From assembly GCA_001794055.1 (NCBI GenBank), contig MGJB01000015.1, forward strand, positions 4,264-68,263: 64,000 bases of DNA. The letters are read 5' to 3'. A model generated the notes under the pieces. That model had not been told where the DNA came from. It saw nothing but the letters and a program-made list of their open reading frames with translations, and made no database searches. Positions within the stretch are counted from its first letter, which is position 1. The number at the start of each line of letters is the position of its first letter. The translations under genes and the position numbers were made by a program. Positions 9,897-19,149 of the stretch are shown here, piece after piece. The stretch is from Candidatus Yanofskybacteria bacterium RIFCSPHIGHO2_01_FULL_41_26. Its GTDB lineage: Bacteria; Patescibacteriota; Minisyncoccia; 2-02-FULL-40-12; GWA2-44-9.

Positions 9897-10190
9897 TTAT
9901 TTTTCTGTCTGTGTAAGTTTGGCTACCTCTCTAAGAGATTCGTTTGCAGAATATACCTGATCATTATCTATTATTTTAGCAACTTCTTTTAAGATGACAC
10001 CACTAAACTTTATAGCTCCCACATCCTCTTTTTTTATTCCCGATACTGCCTGGGATAGTTCCTTTAATTCCTTAACCCTTGCCTCAAGTTTGGCTATTGA
10101 TTCGGCTATTGCCTCGTTACCCTCTTTAAACTCTCTGGCATCTTTTTGTTCAACCGATTCTTGTACTATTGTTGGATTTTCTATACTCAT
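9897..10190 (-). CDS. Hypothetical protein, MSIENPT...EK type (copy 2)
   Basis: Shares N-terminal MSIENPT and C-terminal EK-stop with 10572-10826. Confidence 0.75.
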   Translation of the reverse strand: MSIENPTIVQESVEQKDAREFKEGNEAIAESIAKLEARVKELKELSQAVSGIKKEDVGAIKFSGVILKEVAKIIDNDQVYSANESLREVAKLTQTEK

Positions 10191-10203
10191 GTTTTTATAT
10201 AAT

Positions 10204-10269
10204 TTACATTTTTAACTCTATATCGACCCCTGATGGCAGATTCAAGTTCATAAGAGCATCAATTATTTT
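10204..10269 (-). pseudogene. rpsJ: Orphan, synonymously recoded copy of the last 21 codons plus stop of rpsJ
   Basis: Translates [21 protein letters not shown], identical to the S10 C-terminus; 15/66 nt differ, all synonymous. Confidence 0.92.
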
Positions 10270-10472
10270 GACGCTATATTTAACGCGTCCCAAACTTTCT
10301 TCATTTGGACTTTAAGCTGGTCAACTTCCGCGCGAACATCAAGCTTTTTCTCAACTTCGTCAAATCGTCTGGAAACCATGCCTGCTAAATTAGCAACCTC
10401 ATCTTTAAGGTCTTCTTTAGTGGCCAATTTGCCTAATTGTTTGTCAAAATATTCTTTGGTAAGGTCTGACAT
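10263..10472 (-). CDS. Small coiled-coil protein with LATKEDL motif
   Basis: 69 aa; upstream TAGACA-17-TAATAT promoter-like sequence. Confidence 0.75.
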   Translation of the reverse strand: MSDLTKEYFDKQLGKLATKEDLKDEVANLAGMVSRRFDEVEKKLDVRAEVDQLKVQMKKVWDALNIASK

Positions 10473-10512
10473 GGTGGTTAAATATTATCTTGTTTAAACT
10501 GTTTTGTCTATC

Positions 10513-10570
10513 ACCTTATTCTCTCGTCCTAGTGAGTTCTATCGAACTAAGGCGAGAAGTAAGGGGGTAA
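10513..10570 (-). repeat. 58-bp hairpin repeat R, copy 2
   Basis: 100% identical to 9838-9895. Confidence 0.95.
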
Positions 10571-10571
10571 T

Positions 10572-10826
10572 TTATTTTTCAACAACTTCACCCAATAAAT
10601 TCGATGACTCTTCTATTAAATTTGCTGCTTGGCTCATACTATCGTTAATGCGCCCCAACTTAACAAGATCCTGTTCTGATAAATTTTCAAAATCACCCTT
10701 ATCAAAGATTTCTTTTAGGCGACTTAAGCAGGCCCTATTGCGATCAATTCTCAAAACCATGTCTCCTCTAAGCCTTTCACTCAAGTTAGTTTCTACTATT
10801 TTTTGTGTTGGATTTTCTATGCTCAT
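10572..10826 (-). CDS. Hypothetical protein, MSIENPT...EK type (copy 1)
   Basis: Starts 20 nt after the rpsJ stop; same termini as 9897-10190. Confidence 0.75.
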   Translation of the reverse strand: MSIENPTQKIVETNLSERLRGDMVLRIDRNRACLSRLKEIFDKGDFENLSEQDLVKLGRINDSMSQAANLIEESSNLLGEVVEK

Positions 10827-10846
10827 ATTTTTATTTTCTATTAAAT

Positions 10847-11173
10847 TTACATTTTTAATTCTATATCCACACCTGATGGTAAATTTAGATTCATCAATGC
10901 GTCTATAATCTTCGGTGTCGGTGAATCTATATCTATGATTCTCTTGTGGGTACGCATTTCAAACTGCTCTCTAGAATTCTTGTCAATGAATGCCGACCGA
11001 TTTACTGTATACTTGGCAATCTCTGTCGGCAATGGCACAGGTCCAATCGGATGTCCGCCATATCTTTCAATGGTTTCAACAATCTGGGCAGCGGACTTGT
11101 CTATGATCTTATTGTCATAAGCCCGGAGCTTAATCCGTATTCTCTGTTTTATTTCTGTCGTTTTTTTAGCCAT
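10847..11173 (-). CDS. rpsJ: 30S ribosomal protein S10
   Basis: [29 protein letters not shown]. Confidence 0.97.
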   Translation of the reverse strand: MAKKTTEIKQRIRIKLRAYDNKIIDKSAAQIVETIERYGGHPIGPVPLPTEIAKYTVNRSAFIDKNSREQFEMRTHKRIIDIDSPTPKIIDALMNLNLPSGVDIELKM

Positions 11174-11193
11174 TTTACTTGAAAAGAACATTT

Positions 11194-11222
11194 TGAAGCC
11201 CCGACTACCTGTCGGGGCTTCA
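11194..11222. other. GC-rich hairpin between tuf and rpsJ (terminator-like or REP-like)
   Basis: tgaagccccgac-tacct-gtcggggcttca, 12-bp stem. Confidence 0.65.
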
Positions 11223-11224
11223 GT

Positions 11225-12427
11225 TTATTTATTAATTTTGGTCACGGCTCCGGCGCCAACAGTCTTACCACCTTCTCTGATGGCAAATCTCTGCTTTTCT
11301 TCCATGGCGATAGGGGCAATCAATTGAACTTTCAAATTTGCAGTATCTCCCGGCATGACCATTTCAGTTCCTTCCGGCAATAAGACTTCTCCGGTAACAT
11401 CGGTGGTTCGGAAATAGAATTGAGGTTTGTAACCCTTGAAGAATGGGGTATGTCTGCCACCTTCTTCTTTTGTTAAAACATATATTTCTGCCTCAAAATC
11501 GGTATGCGGGGTAATCGTACCCGGCTTGGCAAGCACTTGGCCTCTTTCTATGTCTTCTTTCTTGGTACCTCTCAAAAGTATTCCGGCATTGTCTCCGGCC
11601 AAACCTTCGTCTAATTGCTTATTAAACATTTCGATACCGGTGACAACAGTCTTCGCTGTCGGTTTAATTCCAACTATTTCAATTTCTTCGTTTAATTTAA
11701 CTTTCCCTCTTTCAATTCTTCCGGTTACAACAGTGCCTCTTCCTTCAATTGAAAAGATGTCTTCAATAGGCATAAGGAAGGGTTTATCGGTATCTCGGAC
11801 CGGATCCGGAAAGAAAGTATCCATTGCATTCATCAATTCCTTGATCGGCTTGGCATATTGATCATCTTTTGATTTAGATTCAAGGGCTTTCAATCCAGAA
11901 CCTCTGATAATCGGGGTTTTATCTCCGGGGAACTGATATTTATTCAAGAGCTCTCTGATTTCGGCTTCAACCAAATCAACCATTTCCGGATCATCAACCA
12001 TATCCACCTTGTTGAGGAATACGATTATATTAGGAACGCCAACCTGTCTGGCAAGCAAAATGTGCTCTCTTGTTTGAGGCATCGGGCCATCAGTGGCAGC
12101 GACAACCAATACAGCTCCATCCATCTGGGCAGCACCCGTGATCATATTTTTAATGTAATCAGCGTGGCCAGGAGCATCAACATGAGCGTAGTGGCGCTTG
12201 GGTGTCTCGTACTCGGAGTGGTGTAAGGCAATTGTAATACCTCTGGCTTTTTCTTCAGGAGCATTATCAATCTGATCTACTCCTTCCTCTCGGGCAGAAT
12301 AACCCTCGTCCTTCATTAAATTTAATACATGCAAAATACCCGCCGTTAGCGTAGTTTTACCGTGGTCAACGTGACCGATTGTGCCGACATTCAAGTGCAG
12401 CTTGTTTCTTTCAAATTTGCCTGCCAT
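11225..12427 (-). CDS. tuf: Elongation factor Tu
   Basis: [30 protein letters not shown]. Confidence 0.99.
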   Translation of the reverse strand: MAGKFERNKLHLNVGTIGHVDHGKTTLTAGILHVLNLMKDEGYSAREEGVDQIDNAPEEKARGITIALHHSEYETPKRHYAHVDAPGHADYIKNMITGAAQMDGAVLVVAATDGPMPQTREHILLARQVGVPNIIVFLNKVDMVDDPEMVDLVEAEIRELLNKYQFPGDKTPIIRGSGLKALESKSKDDQYAKPIKELMNAMDTFFPDPVRDTDKPFLMPIEDIFSIEGRGTVVTGRIERGKVKLNEEIEIVGIKPTAKTVVTGIEMFNKQLDEGLAGDNAGILLRGTKKEDIERGQVLAKPGTITPHTDFEAEIYVLTKEEGGRHTPFFKGYKPQFYFRTTDVTGEVLLPEGTEMVMPGDTANLKVQLIAPIAMEEKQRFAIREGGKTVGAGAVTKINK

Positions 12428-12504
12428 CTTTTTATGATAACTTCGGAATCCAGAAGCTATCTATTATTAAACACGTAATATCTATTTTAGCGGAATACCA
12501 TAGA

Positions 12505-12819
12505 TTAGTCAACTGTTATCATCTTCTCTTCCTTTTCTATCTCGCTCTTTAGGGCCAAAATGTCTTTGTTTATCCTTTCCAGTATCTCAAGTTCGTTTTC
12601 AGGAAGAGCTGGTTTTGCGGGCATGGACCGGTCTTCGGAGTGACTTATTCCGTTGGTAACGGCATGATTTATCTTTATTTCCTTCTCTTTACCCCCCAAA
12701 ATTAAATCCTTATACATCTCATAACTTAGGATAGCAAAAGATGGCTCGCCATTATCCAACACCAAAACCGCCGTAGAGTGCTTCACCAGTTTTTTGAGTT
12801 CATCTACATTCATTGACAA
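12505..12819 (-). CDS. Hypothetical protein; N-terminus resembles a Phd/YefM-type DNA-binding fold
   Basis: VLVLDNGEPSFAILSYEMY pattern; no toxin partner adjacent. Confidence 0.55.
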   Translation of the reverse strand: MSMNVDELKKLVKHSTAVLVLDNGEPSFAILSYEMYKDLILGGKEKEIKINHAVTNGISHSEDRSMPAKPALPENELEILERINKDILALKSEIEKEEKMITVD

Positions 12820-12958
12820 ATTATTTGTTATATGTAATAATTGCTATATCCCGATAATGAGCACTGGGAGTAGGGTTTGGGGGAAGCCCCGACCGCCTTT
12901 GATAACCAGCCCATCCTTATTGGGATTTTTTGTTTCTACAACGATACAAATCTATATT

Positions 12959-12987
12959 ATAGTATTAAAATATCAAAAAAAATGCAA
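12959..12987 (-). promoter_or_regulatory. Putative sigma70 promoter upstream of the 12505 ORF and tuf
   Basis: TTGCAT-17 nt-TACTAT on the minus strand. Confidence 0.55.
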
Positions 12988-12993
12988 ACAAAC

Positions 12994-13133
12994 GCTCCCC
13001 AGCCACATACCCCCGACTCGACCGATAGTCCTCGGCTTCCTGCGAGCCTCGGCTGTCTTCATGCTCAGCCCCTCACCAAGCACCAAGCTTCGGGGCCTGC
13101 GCAAGTTCTCCCTGGGAGTATGTGGCTGGGGGC
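12994..13133 (-). other. Stem-closed structured element (ncRNA or MITE-like)
   Basis: ccccagccacatactccc pairs with gggggtatgtggctgggg on the minus strand; internal hairpins. Confidence 0.6.
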
Positions 13134-13207
13134 TCAATTATTTTTCAAAAGAAACAAAAAAAGCGCCTTGGATGTCTTACGACAATCCTCGGCGCTGACT
13201 CAATTAA

Positions 13208-13906
13208 TTAGTCTTGGCCACGACTGACCTTTTTCCTCAAATCTCGATTTTGCTCAAAACGTTTTTCCCAAGTTTCAAAAAATGTCCATTTCGAAGAAGC
13301 TGAAACATTTGCCTCATTAATAATCGTCTCTAGATCATGTCTAAGTTCCAGTGCTACAGCCCCTCGATAACGCTGCCTATCGGAAATAATTTGTTTATAA
13401 AGGGCACAAATAGCTGCAGAAAGTTCTTGGATCTTTGCCTTATCATCCAAACGTTCTCTCCCCAATTCATCAATCCGGTCAAGCATCGCCTGAAGCGACG
13501 GATAGGTATTAATAAACTGAAGAGCTACTTCTACTTTTAGACCTTGAAGAACTTGTTCCAGGCAAACCCAGTCACCAGTCTGCTCACGACGCCAACTTCC
13601 GGCTATTCTCCAAAAGTCGGCTGCCGGACCATAGATCGCGCTTCGCCGACGAAATGGACCACGGTTAATCTCAATCACCGAACCATCGACACAAGACCAA
13701 TCAATCGCCCTTAACCTATTTGGACAAGAATAAACTTGTAAACCATAGCATGGATGATGTTGCCTATAATATATTTTCCGAAAACCCTTGAGCCAGCGGA
13801 AAAACTTTCTCCATTCATCCTTAAACAACAAGACAAGAACAGAGACTAACGCAAGCACACTTAAAACAACGAGTGCCCAAAATGACACGAAAAGAAAGCT
13901 ACTCAT
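13208..13906 (-). CDS. Membrane-anchored hypothetical protein inserted between fusA and tuf
   Basis: N-terminal hydrophobic helix, GGAGGT SD upstream, C-terminal coiled region. Confidence 0.7.
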   Translation of the reverse strand: MSSFLFVSFWALVVLSVLALVSVLVLLFKDEWRKFFRWLKGFRKIYYRQHHPCYGLQVYSCPNRLRAIDWSCVDGSVIEINRGPFRRRSAIYGPAADFWRIAGSWRREQTGDWVCLEQVLQGLKVEVALQFINTYPSLQAMLDRIDELGRERLDDKAKIQELSAAICALYKQIISDRQRYRGAVALELRHDLETIINEANVSASSKWTFFETWEKRFEQNRDLRKKVSRGQD

Positions 13907-14068
13907 CTAACACCTCCAGCTCTGGGCCTGTTTCATCCCAGTGGTGGTTGTGGCTGCGAACGGCCATTCCGCCCGGAATTGGGCGAGACTTTCCATCCGG
14001 AGCAGTTAACGAACGGACTAAATCATACTACATTAAAACAAAAAAATCAAGATTTAACTCAAGAGCGA

Positions 14069-14198
14069 GGGCTTTGTGCAATTAGAGACCATCTGCAGGC
14101 GAACGAGCATGGTGTCTCGCAAAGCGAGACGAGTGAACCGAAGCCGAGAAAAATCGCCCGCTGGGGCGATTTTTCGTGTCGAGAATTGCATAAAGCCC
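14069..14198 (+). repeat. Structured dispersed repeat, family A copy 2
   Basis: AGACCATCTGCAGGCGAACGAGCATGGT...CCGAAGCCGAG...GTGTC within a gggctttgtgcaatt/aattgcataaagccc stem. Confidence 0.85.
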
Positions 14199-14204
14199 GA
14201 GCGA

Positions 14205-16322
14205 TTATTTTTTGCCTTCTTTGATTAACTCCGCAATATTATTCGGCACCGGTTCGTAGTGATCAAACTCCATGTTGAATGTACCGCGGCCTTCAGTCAG
14301 AGACCTCACTGAAGTAGCATAACCAAACATTTCCGAGAGAGGAACCCTTGAGTCAATGACTTTTAAATTCATCGGGCTTCGGTCGTTGATACTTATGATT
14401 TGCCCTCTTCGAGATGAAATGTCTCCTGTGGCTTCACCCATAAAATTATCAGGAACAATAATTTCAACTTTCATAATTGGTTCCAATAAGACCGGCTTTG
14501 CTCGTTTGATGGCTTCTTGAAGTGCCATAGCTCCGGCAATTTTGAAAGCAATTTCAGACGAGTCAACGTCATGATAAGAGCCGTCATATAGGGTAACCTG
14601 TAAATCCACGATCGGAAATCCGGCGAGAACTCCTTTATCCAAAGCTTCTTTTACGCCCTTTTCAACTGGAGTAATAAACTCTTCAGGAATTGCTCCGCCC
14701 TTGATGGCATCAATAAATTCAAACCCCGCTCCCCGCTCTTTGGGCTCAACGCGCAGCCAAACATGGCCGTATTGTCCCCGACCTCCGGATTGTTTAATGT
14801 ATTTGCCTTCGGCTTGAGCTTTGTCGGAAATAGTTTCTTTGTAAGCAACCTGTGGACGACCAACATTTACGTTCACGCCAAACTCTCTCTTCATACGGTC
14901 AACGATAATTTCCAAATGCAATTCTCCCATTCCGGAAATAATTGTTTCTGCGGTCTCTTCATCGCTTTTTATTCTGAAAGTCGGATCCTCATCCGAAAGC
15001 TTTCTTAAGGCAATGCTCATCTTTTCCTGGTCGGCTTTGGTCTTCGGTTCTATTCGCAAAGAAATAACCGGTTCTGGAATTTCAATTCCTTCAAGTAAAA
15101 CTGGTTTTGCCGGATCGCAAAGAGTATCACCTGTTTTGGTGTCTTTTAATCCGACGGTAGCGGCAATATTTCCCGCATAAACTTCTTTTATCTCTTTCCG
15201 CTCGTTTGCATGCAAAAGCACAATACGGCTGATTCTTTCTTGTTGACCGCTTCTTGTATTTAAAACGTAGGAGCCGGAGGTAAGTTTTCCGGAGTAAACC
15301 CGAAAAAAAGTTAAAGCTCCGACAAACGGATCAGTTGCAGTTTTAAAAGCTAATGCAGTAAATATGGCATTATCATCCGGCTCCACTAGTATTGCTTCTC
15401 CAGTTTTTTTATCAGTCACCTTTGTCGGAGGCACATCTAATGGCGACGGCAGATAATATGCAACAGCATCCAAAACAAGTTGCACGCCTTTGTTTTTTAA
15501 AGCCGAACCACAGAACACGGGAAATATTTTATTGGCGATAGTTGCTTTTCTAAGTATCTTGCGAAGTTGATCAAGACCTATTTCTTTACCTTCCAAATAT
15601 TCAGACATTGTCGCATCATCATGTTCAACTATTTTTTCTATAGTTATGGCTCTTTCTTTTTTTGCTTCTTCAAGAAGGTAATCCGGAATCTGACCCTTTA
15701 TAACCTTCTCCCCCTTTTCACCTTCAAAGGTGTAATAATCTAAAGTTAAAAGGTCAATAATACCCTTAAACTGATCTTCGTGGCCATCAGGTATTTGAAG
15801 TTTTACAGCATACGGAGACAATCTTCCCAAAATTGACTGGAAGGAACGATCAAACGAAGCTCCCAATCGGTCAAGTTTATTAATAAAACAAACCCTTGGA
15901 ACTTTGTAGTCGTCAGCATATCTCCAGTTTGTTTCGGATTGAGGTTCCACTCCGGCAACTCCGTCAAAAACAACAACCGCCCCATCCAAAACACGCAAAG
16001 AACGCTTTACTTCAATAGTAAAGTCAATATGTCCCGGCGTATCAATAATATTTAATTTTACTTTTTCAGCTCCGCCAGCTGACGGATTATCTTTTGCATC
16101 GGTAGGAGTCCAGTATGCAGTAGTTGCGGCAGCGGTAATAGTAATGCCTCTTTCTCTTTCCTGTTCCATCCAATCCATTACAGTATCACCTTCATGAACT
16201 TCTCCTATTTTATGAGAGATTCCTGTGTAAAACAAAATACGCTCTGATGTGGTCGTCTTGCCAGCATCAATGTGAGCGATGACTCCTATATTTCGAATTT
16301 TATTAATTGGATAATCAGCCAT
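14205..16322 (-). CDS. fusA: Elongation factor G
   Basis: AHIDAGKTTT, DTPGHIDF, NKLD, QSGGRGQYGHV. Confidence 0.99.
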   Translation of the reverse strand: MADYPINKIRNIGVIAHIDAGKTTTSERILFYTGISHKIGEVHEGDTVMDWMEQERERGITITAAATTAYWTPTDAKDNPSAGGAEKVKLNIIDTPGHIDFTIEVKRSLRVLDGAVVVFDGVAGVEPQSETNWRYADDYKVPRVCFINKLDRLGASFDRSFQSILGRLSPYAVKLQIPDGHEDQFKGIIDLLTLDYYTFEGEKGEKVIKGQIPDYLLEEAKKERAITIEKIVEHDDATMSEYLEGKEIGLDQLRKILRKATIANKIFPVFCGSALKNKGVQLVLDAVAYYLPSPLDVPPTKVTDKKTGEAILVEPDDNAIFTALAFKTATDPFVGALTFFRVYSGKLTSGSYVLNTRSGQQERISRIVLLHANERKEIKEVYAGNIAATVGLKDTKTGDTLCDPAKPVLLEGIEIPEPVISLRIEPKTKADQEKMSIALRKLSDEDPTFRIKSDEETAETIISGMGELHLEIIVDRMKREFGVNVNVGRPQVAYKETISDKAQAEGKYIKQSGGRGQYGHVWLRVEPKERGAGFEFIDAIKGGAIPEEFITPVEKGVKEALDKGVLAGFPIVDLQVTLYDGSYHDVDSSEIAFKIAGAMALQEAIKRAKPVLLEPIMKVEIIVPDNFMGEATGDISSRRGQIISINDRSPMNLKVIDSRVPLSEMFGYATSVRSLTEGRGTFNMEFDHYEPVPNNIAELIKEGKK

Positions 16323-16498
16323 TTTTTATAACTTGCTGGTCGCCCTGCTAGGCCTTCGGCCCTTAAGCAGTAAGCTCTTGTCTATCTACTTAGTTAAAAT
16401 CTCCACTTCTCCTTCATCATGTTTATATATGTTTCAGTCGAATGCTCAATTTTGCCTCGTATTTATCCAAGCCAGCTACGTTCTAAACTTTATTAACA

Positions 16499-16762
16499 CT
16501 ATGCGTGATTTTTCACTTTTTTCAGCCAAATTTTCTTAAAAAACGGCATGGTCAGTGTCGATAACATAAATGCTACGGCAGGCACTACCGCATTAAACCA
16601 TGGTCGCGAAATATCCATCACCCACAGATAAACACTGATTGCTAAATAGGTAAATAGTGTCAATAAAACCCGTCTCATCAAGCTTGTTTCCCAAGCCTTA
16701 TCAACTTCTACTTTCATGTTCCTGCTTTCTATTTTTTGTATCCTTTCTTCTAAATTATACAT
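16499..16762 (-). CDS. Small two-TM membrane protein between rpsG and fusA
   Basis: 87 aa with DKAWETS motif and two hydrophobic segments. Confidence 0.75.
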   Translation of the reverse strand: MYNLEERIQKIESRNMKVEVDKAWETSLMRRVLLTLFTYLAISVYLWVMDISRPWFNAVVPAVAFMLSTLTMPFFKKIWLKKVKNHA

Positions 16763-16766
16763 TTTT

Positions 16767-16932
16767 AAAAACTTATGCGTTGGCCAAGTTCAAGGCAAAA
16801 GATGAGTATCGGGCGAGCCATAGTGTGAACTATGGTGAGAACGAAACGGAATCTTTTAACGCAGAAATTGGTCAACCGATAGGCGAGCCGCAAGCCCTTA
16901 ATACATTGGGCTTGGCTCGCGCATAAGTTTTT
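16767..16932. repeat. Stem-closed structured element directly after the rpsG stop
   Basis: aaaaacttatgcg/cgcataagttttt and gccaagttcaa/ttgggcttggc arms. Confidence 0.7.
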
Positions 16933-16933
16933 T

Positions 16934-17401
16934 CTACCAGGCGAAGTGAGCAAAAGCCTTGTTGGCCTCAGCCATTCGATGTGTATCAGCCTTTTTCTTG
17001 ACTGCACCTCCAGTATTGTTAAACGCATTCATTAATTCTTCGGCAAGTTTCTCTTCTGTCGCTTTTCCTTTTTGACCACGAACAGACGCAACAATCCATC
17101 TGATAGCTAAGGTCGTTTTTCTTTCCGGTCTAACTTCAATAGGTACCTGATAATTAGCTCCCCCGATTCGGCGGGATTTTAACTCCATTTGAGGTCCGGC
17201 GTTGGCAATGGCTTGATCTAAAACTTCCATAGCCGGCTTATTTAATTTCTTTTCAGCTCTTTCAAGGGCTCCATACACGATCTTCATGGCAATCGTCTTT
17301 TTGCCGGAATACATTATCTTATTTATAAATTTAGAAACTAAAAGACTGGAATATTTCAAATCCGGTTCTACGTGTGTTTTATGTTTTATCGGTCTTCGCA
17401 T
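16934..17401 (-). CDS. rpsG: 30S ribosomal protein S7
   Basis: SRRIGGANYQVP, HRMAEANKAFAH. Confidence 0.98.
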   Translation of the reverse strand: MRRPIKHKTHVEPDLKYSSLLVSKFINKIMYSGKKTIAMKIVYGALERAEKKLNKPAMEVLDQAIANAGPQMELKSRRIGGANYQVPIEVRPERKTTLAIRWIVASVRGQKGKATEEKLAEELMNAFNNTGGAVKKKADTHRMAEANKAFAHFAW

Positions 17402-17407
17402 GTTATA

Positions 17408-17818
17408 TTATTTTGCTTTTTTGGCTCCATATTTTGACCTTTGCTGCTTCCTACCCTCTACACCACTCGAATCTAGCATGCCCCTTACTATATGATACCG
17501 CACGCCCGGTAAATCTTTAACTCTTCCACCCCTTAATACAACGACCGAGTGTTCCTGAAGATTGTGGCCGATGCCCGGAATATAAGCGGTAACTTCCATC
17601 CCATTGGTCAATCTGACCCTGGCGATTTTTCTCAAGGCAGAATTCGGCTTCTTTGGTGTAGTTGTCCTTACCGATAAACAAACTCCCCTCTTAAACGGCG
17701 CAGGGTAATAAACCGGTCTGTTCTTCAAAGAGTTAAATCCGTAAATCAAAGCCGGCGACTTTGTCTTCGCTCTGGCTATTTTTCTTGGTTTTTTCAAAAG
17801 TTGTCTGAATGTCGGCAT
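17408..17818 (-). CDS. rpsL: 30S ribosomal protein S12
   Basis: [23 protein letters not shown]. Confidence 0.99.
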   Translation of the reverse strand: MPTFRQLLKKPRKIARAKTKSPALIYGFNSLKNRPVYYPAPFKRGVCLSVRTTTPKKPNSALRKIARVRLTNGMEVTAYIPGIGHNLQEHSVVVLRGGRVKDLPGVRYHIVRGMLDSSGVEGRKQQRSKYGAKKAK

Positions 17819-17874
17819 GCAATAAAATAAGACCCTTAGGTCTTATGAAGTGTATCAGGATATCAGGCCAGCTG

Positions 17875-18081
17875 TCAATTATCTAAACGCAGAAGGTCTT
17901 CTCTCGCTTTTTCTGCAAGACGGGCCAATCCGCCATGAAAAGAGAGATCATATGGAGAAGGCCCACCAGAAGACCTTGATGAGTTGGTTCTCTTGGGCCG
18001 AGAACGATTCGCGCGTTCTCTTTGGCGCTTTTGCGTCAAACCGACAGAAGCATTCAAATCGTACGGACTAGGACTATTCAC
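17875..18081 (-). CDS. Possible small basic protein
   Basis: GAGGTG SD before GTG; PSPYDL occurs twice. Confidence 0.4.
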   Translation of the reverse strand: MNSPSPYDLNASVGLTQKRQRERANRSRPKRTNSSRSSGGPSPYDLSFHGGLARLAEKAREDLLRLDN

Positions 18082-18161
18082 GTTTCACCTCAGTTTATCA
18101 ACTATTTGTACCGTGGGTAGATTAACACAATAAATTATTTCTTGTAAACCGAATCACTAAT

Positions 18162-18785
18162 TTAAAGATTAATCCCCGTTATGAGTCTGTAGAGAATTGA
18201 GACCAATGGCCACATCAAAGGGAAAATAAATATCAAAAACACAAACAATAATACCAGGCTATATCTGTAGAGAAAAACCTTAAGAGCGTTGAATCTGGCT
18301 GGAAGAAATGTCATCAAAAGCCAGTGGCCATCCAGCGGCGGTATAGGGAAAAGGTTGAAAATTGCCAGTACAAGATTTAAAAGAATTATAAATGAAAATA
18401 ATTGAGGTACCAGAGGAGATGTAAATATATCGGGAATTAAGCGTAAGCTTAATCCGAATATCAAAGCAAGAACAATATTGGAAGCCGGGCCGGCAAGGGC
18501 GACTTTGGCTGGACCGTATTTCTTGTCACTCAAATTTTGCGGATTATATGGGACAGGTTTGGCATAACCAATAAGGAACGGCGAACGCACCAAAAACAAA
18601 AGAAGCGGCAAAAGCACCGACCCAAACATGTCCAGATGTTTTAGGGGGTTCAGGGTCAAACGGTCGAGATTTTTGGCGGTAGGATCCCCCAAGAACTCGG
18701 CCATCAAGCCATGGCTAACCTCATGGATAACCACGGAATAAATCAAGACAACGACATAAAAAATTGGGAGTAGTAATGCTTCCAT
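18162..18785 (-). CDS. Site-2 protease (peptidase M50 family)
   Basis: HEVSH, AGP and NLFPIPPLDG motifs. Confidence 0.93.
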   Translation of the reverse strand: MEALLLPIFYVVVLIYSVVIHEVSHGLMAEFLGDPTAKNLDRLTLNPLKHLDMFGSVLLPLLLFLVRSPFLIGYAKPVPYNPQNLSDKKYGPAKVALAGPASNIVLALIFGLSLRLIPDIFTSPLVPQLFSFIILLNLVLAIFNLFPIPPLDGHWLLMTFLPARFNALKVFLYRYSLVLLFVFLIFIFPLMWPLVSILYRLITGINL

Positions 18786-18832
18786 ACTTGAAATCCTAAC
18801 AATTTTAATGTATTATGTAAATCACTAATATT

Positions 18833-19015
18833 ATGGCTACCAAATGTCCGCAATGCGGAAAAAAACCAATAATGTCTACGACGAGAATTTTACTTCGCGG
18901 TCATTATAATCCAACCGCAAAGTCCAAGAGATACCCCAACCTCCAATGGGCAAAAGTTAATGGAAAAAGAATCAAGATTTGCACCGACTGCATAAAAACT
19001 CTCAATAAAAACTAG
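18833..19015 (+). CDS. rpmB: 50S ribosomal protein L28
   Basis: CPQCGK...KRYPNLQ...KICTDC. Confidence 0.85.
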   Translation: MATKCPQCGKKPIMSTTRILLRGHYNPTAKSKRYPNLQWAKVNGKRIKICTDCIKTLNKN

Positions 19016-19023
19016 TCAGCCAT

Positions 19024-19097
19024 CGGGCCGTCGTATAATGGTAGTACGCGTGGCTGGGGGTCATGCAGCTGGAGTTCGATTCTCCACGGCCCGACCA
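19024..19097 (+). tRNA. tRNA-Pro(GGG)
   Basis: CGGGCCG/CGGCCCG acceptor, loop CTGGGGG, GTTCGA T-loop, encoded CCA. Confidence 0.92.
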
Positions 19098-19149
19098 AAT
19101 GATTGTAGGATACGAATAAAAAATGCGGACAAACGTCCGCGGAATGGTT

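Noticed and set aside
9173-10570. R and S repeats as a CRISPR array or classical integron attC sites
   Set aside because: Only two copies each, 53-58 bp long, separated by whole genes; no cas or IntI gene and no clear RYYYAAC/GTTRRRY ends.
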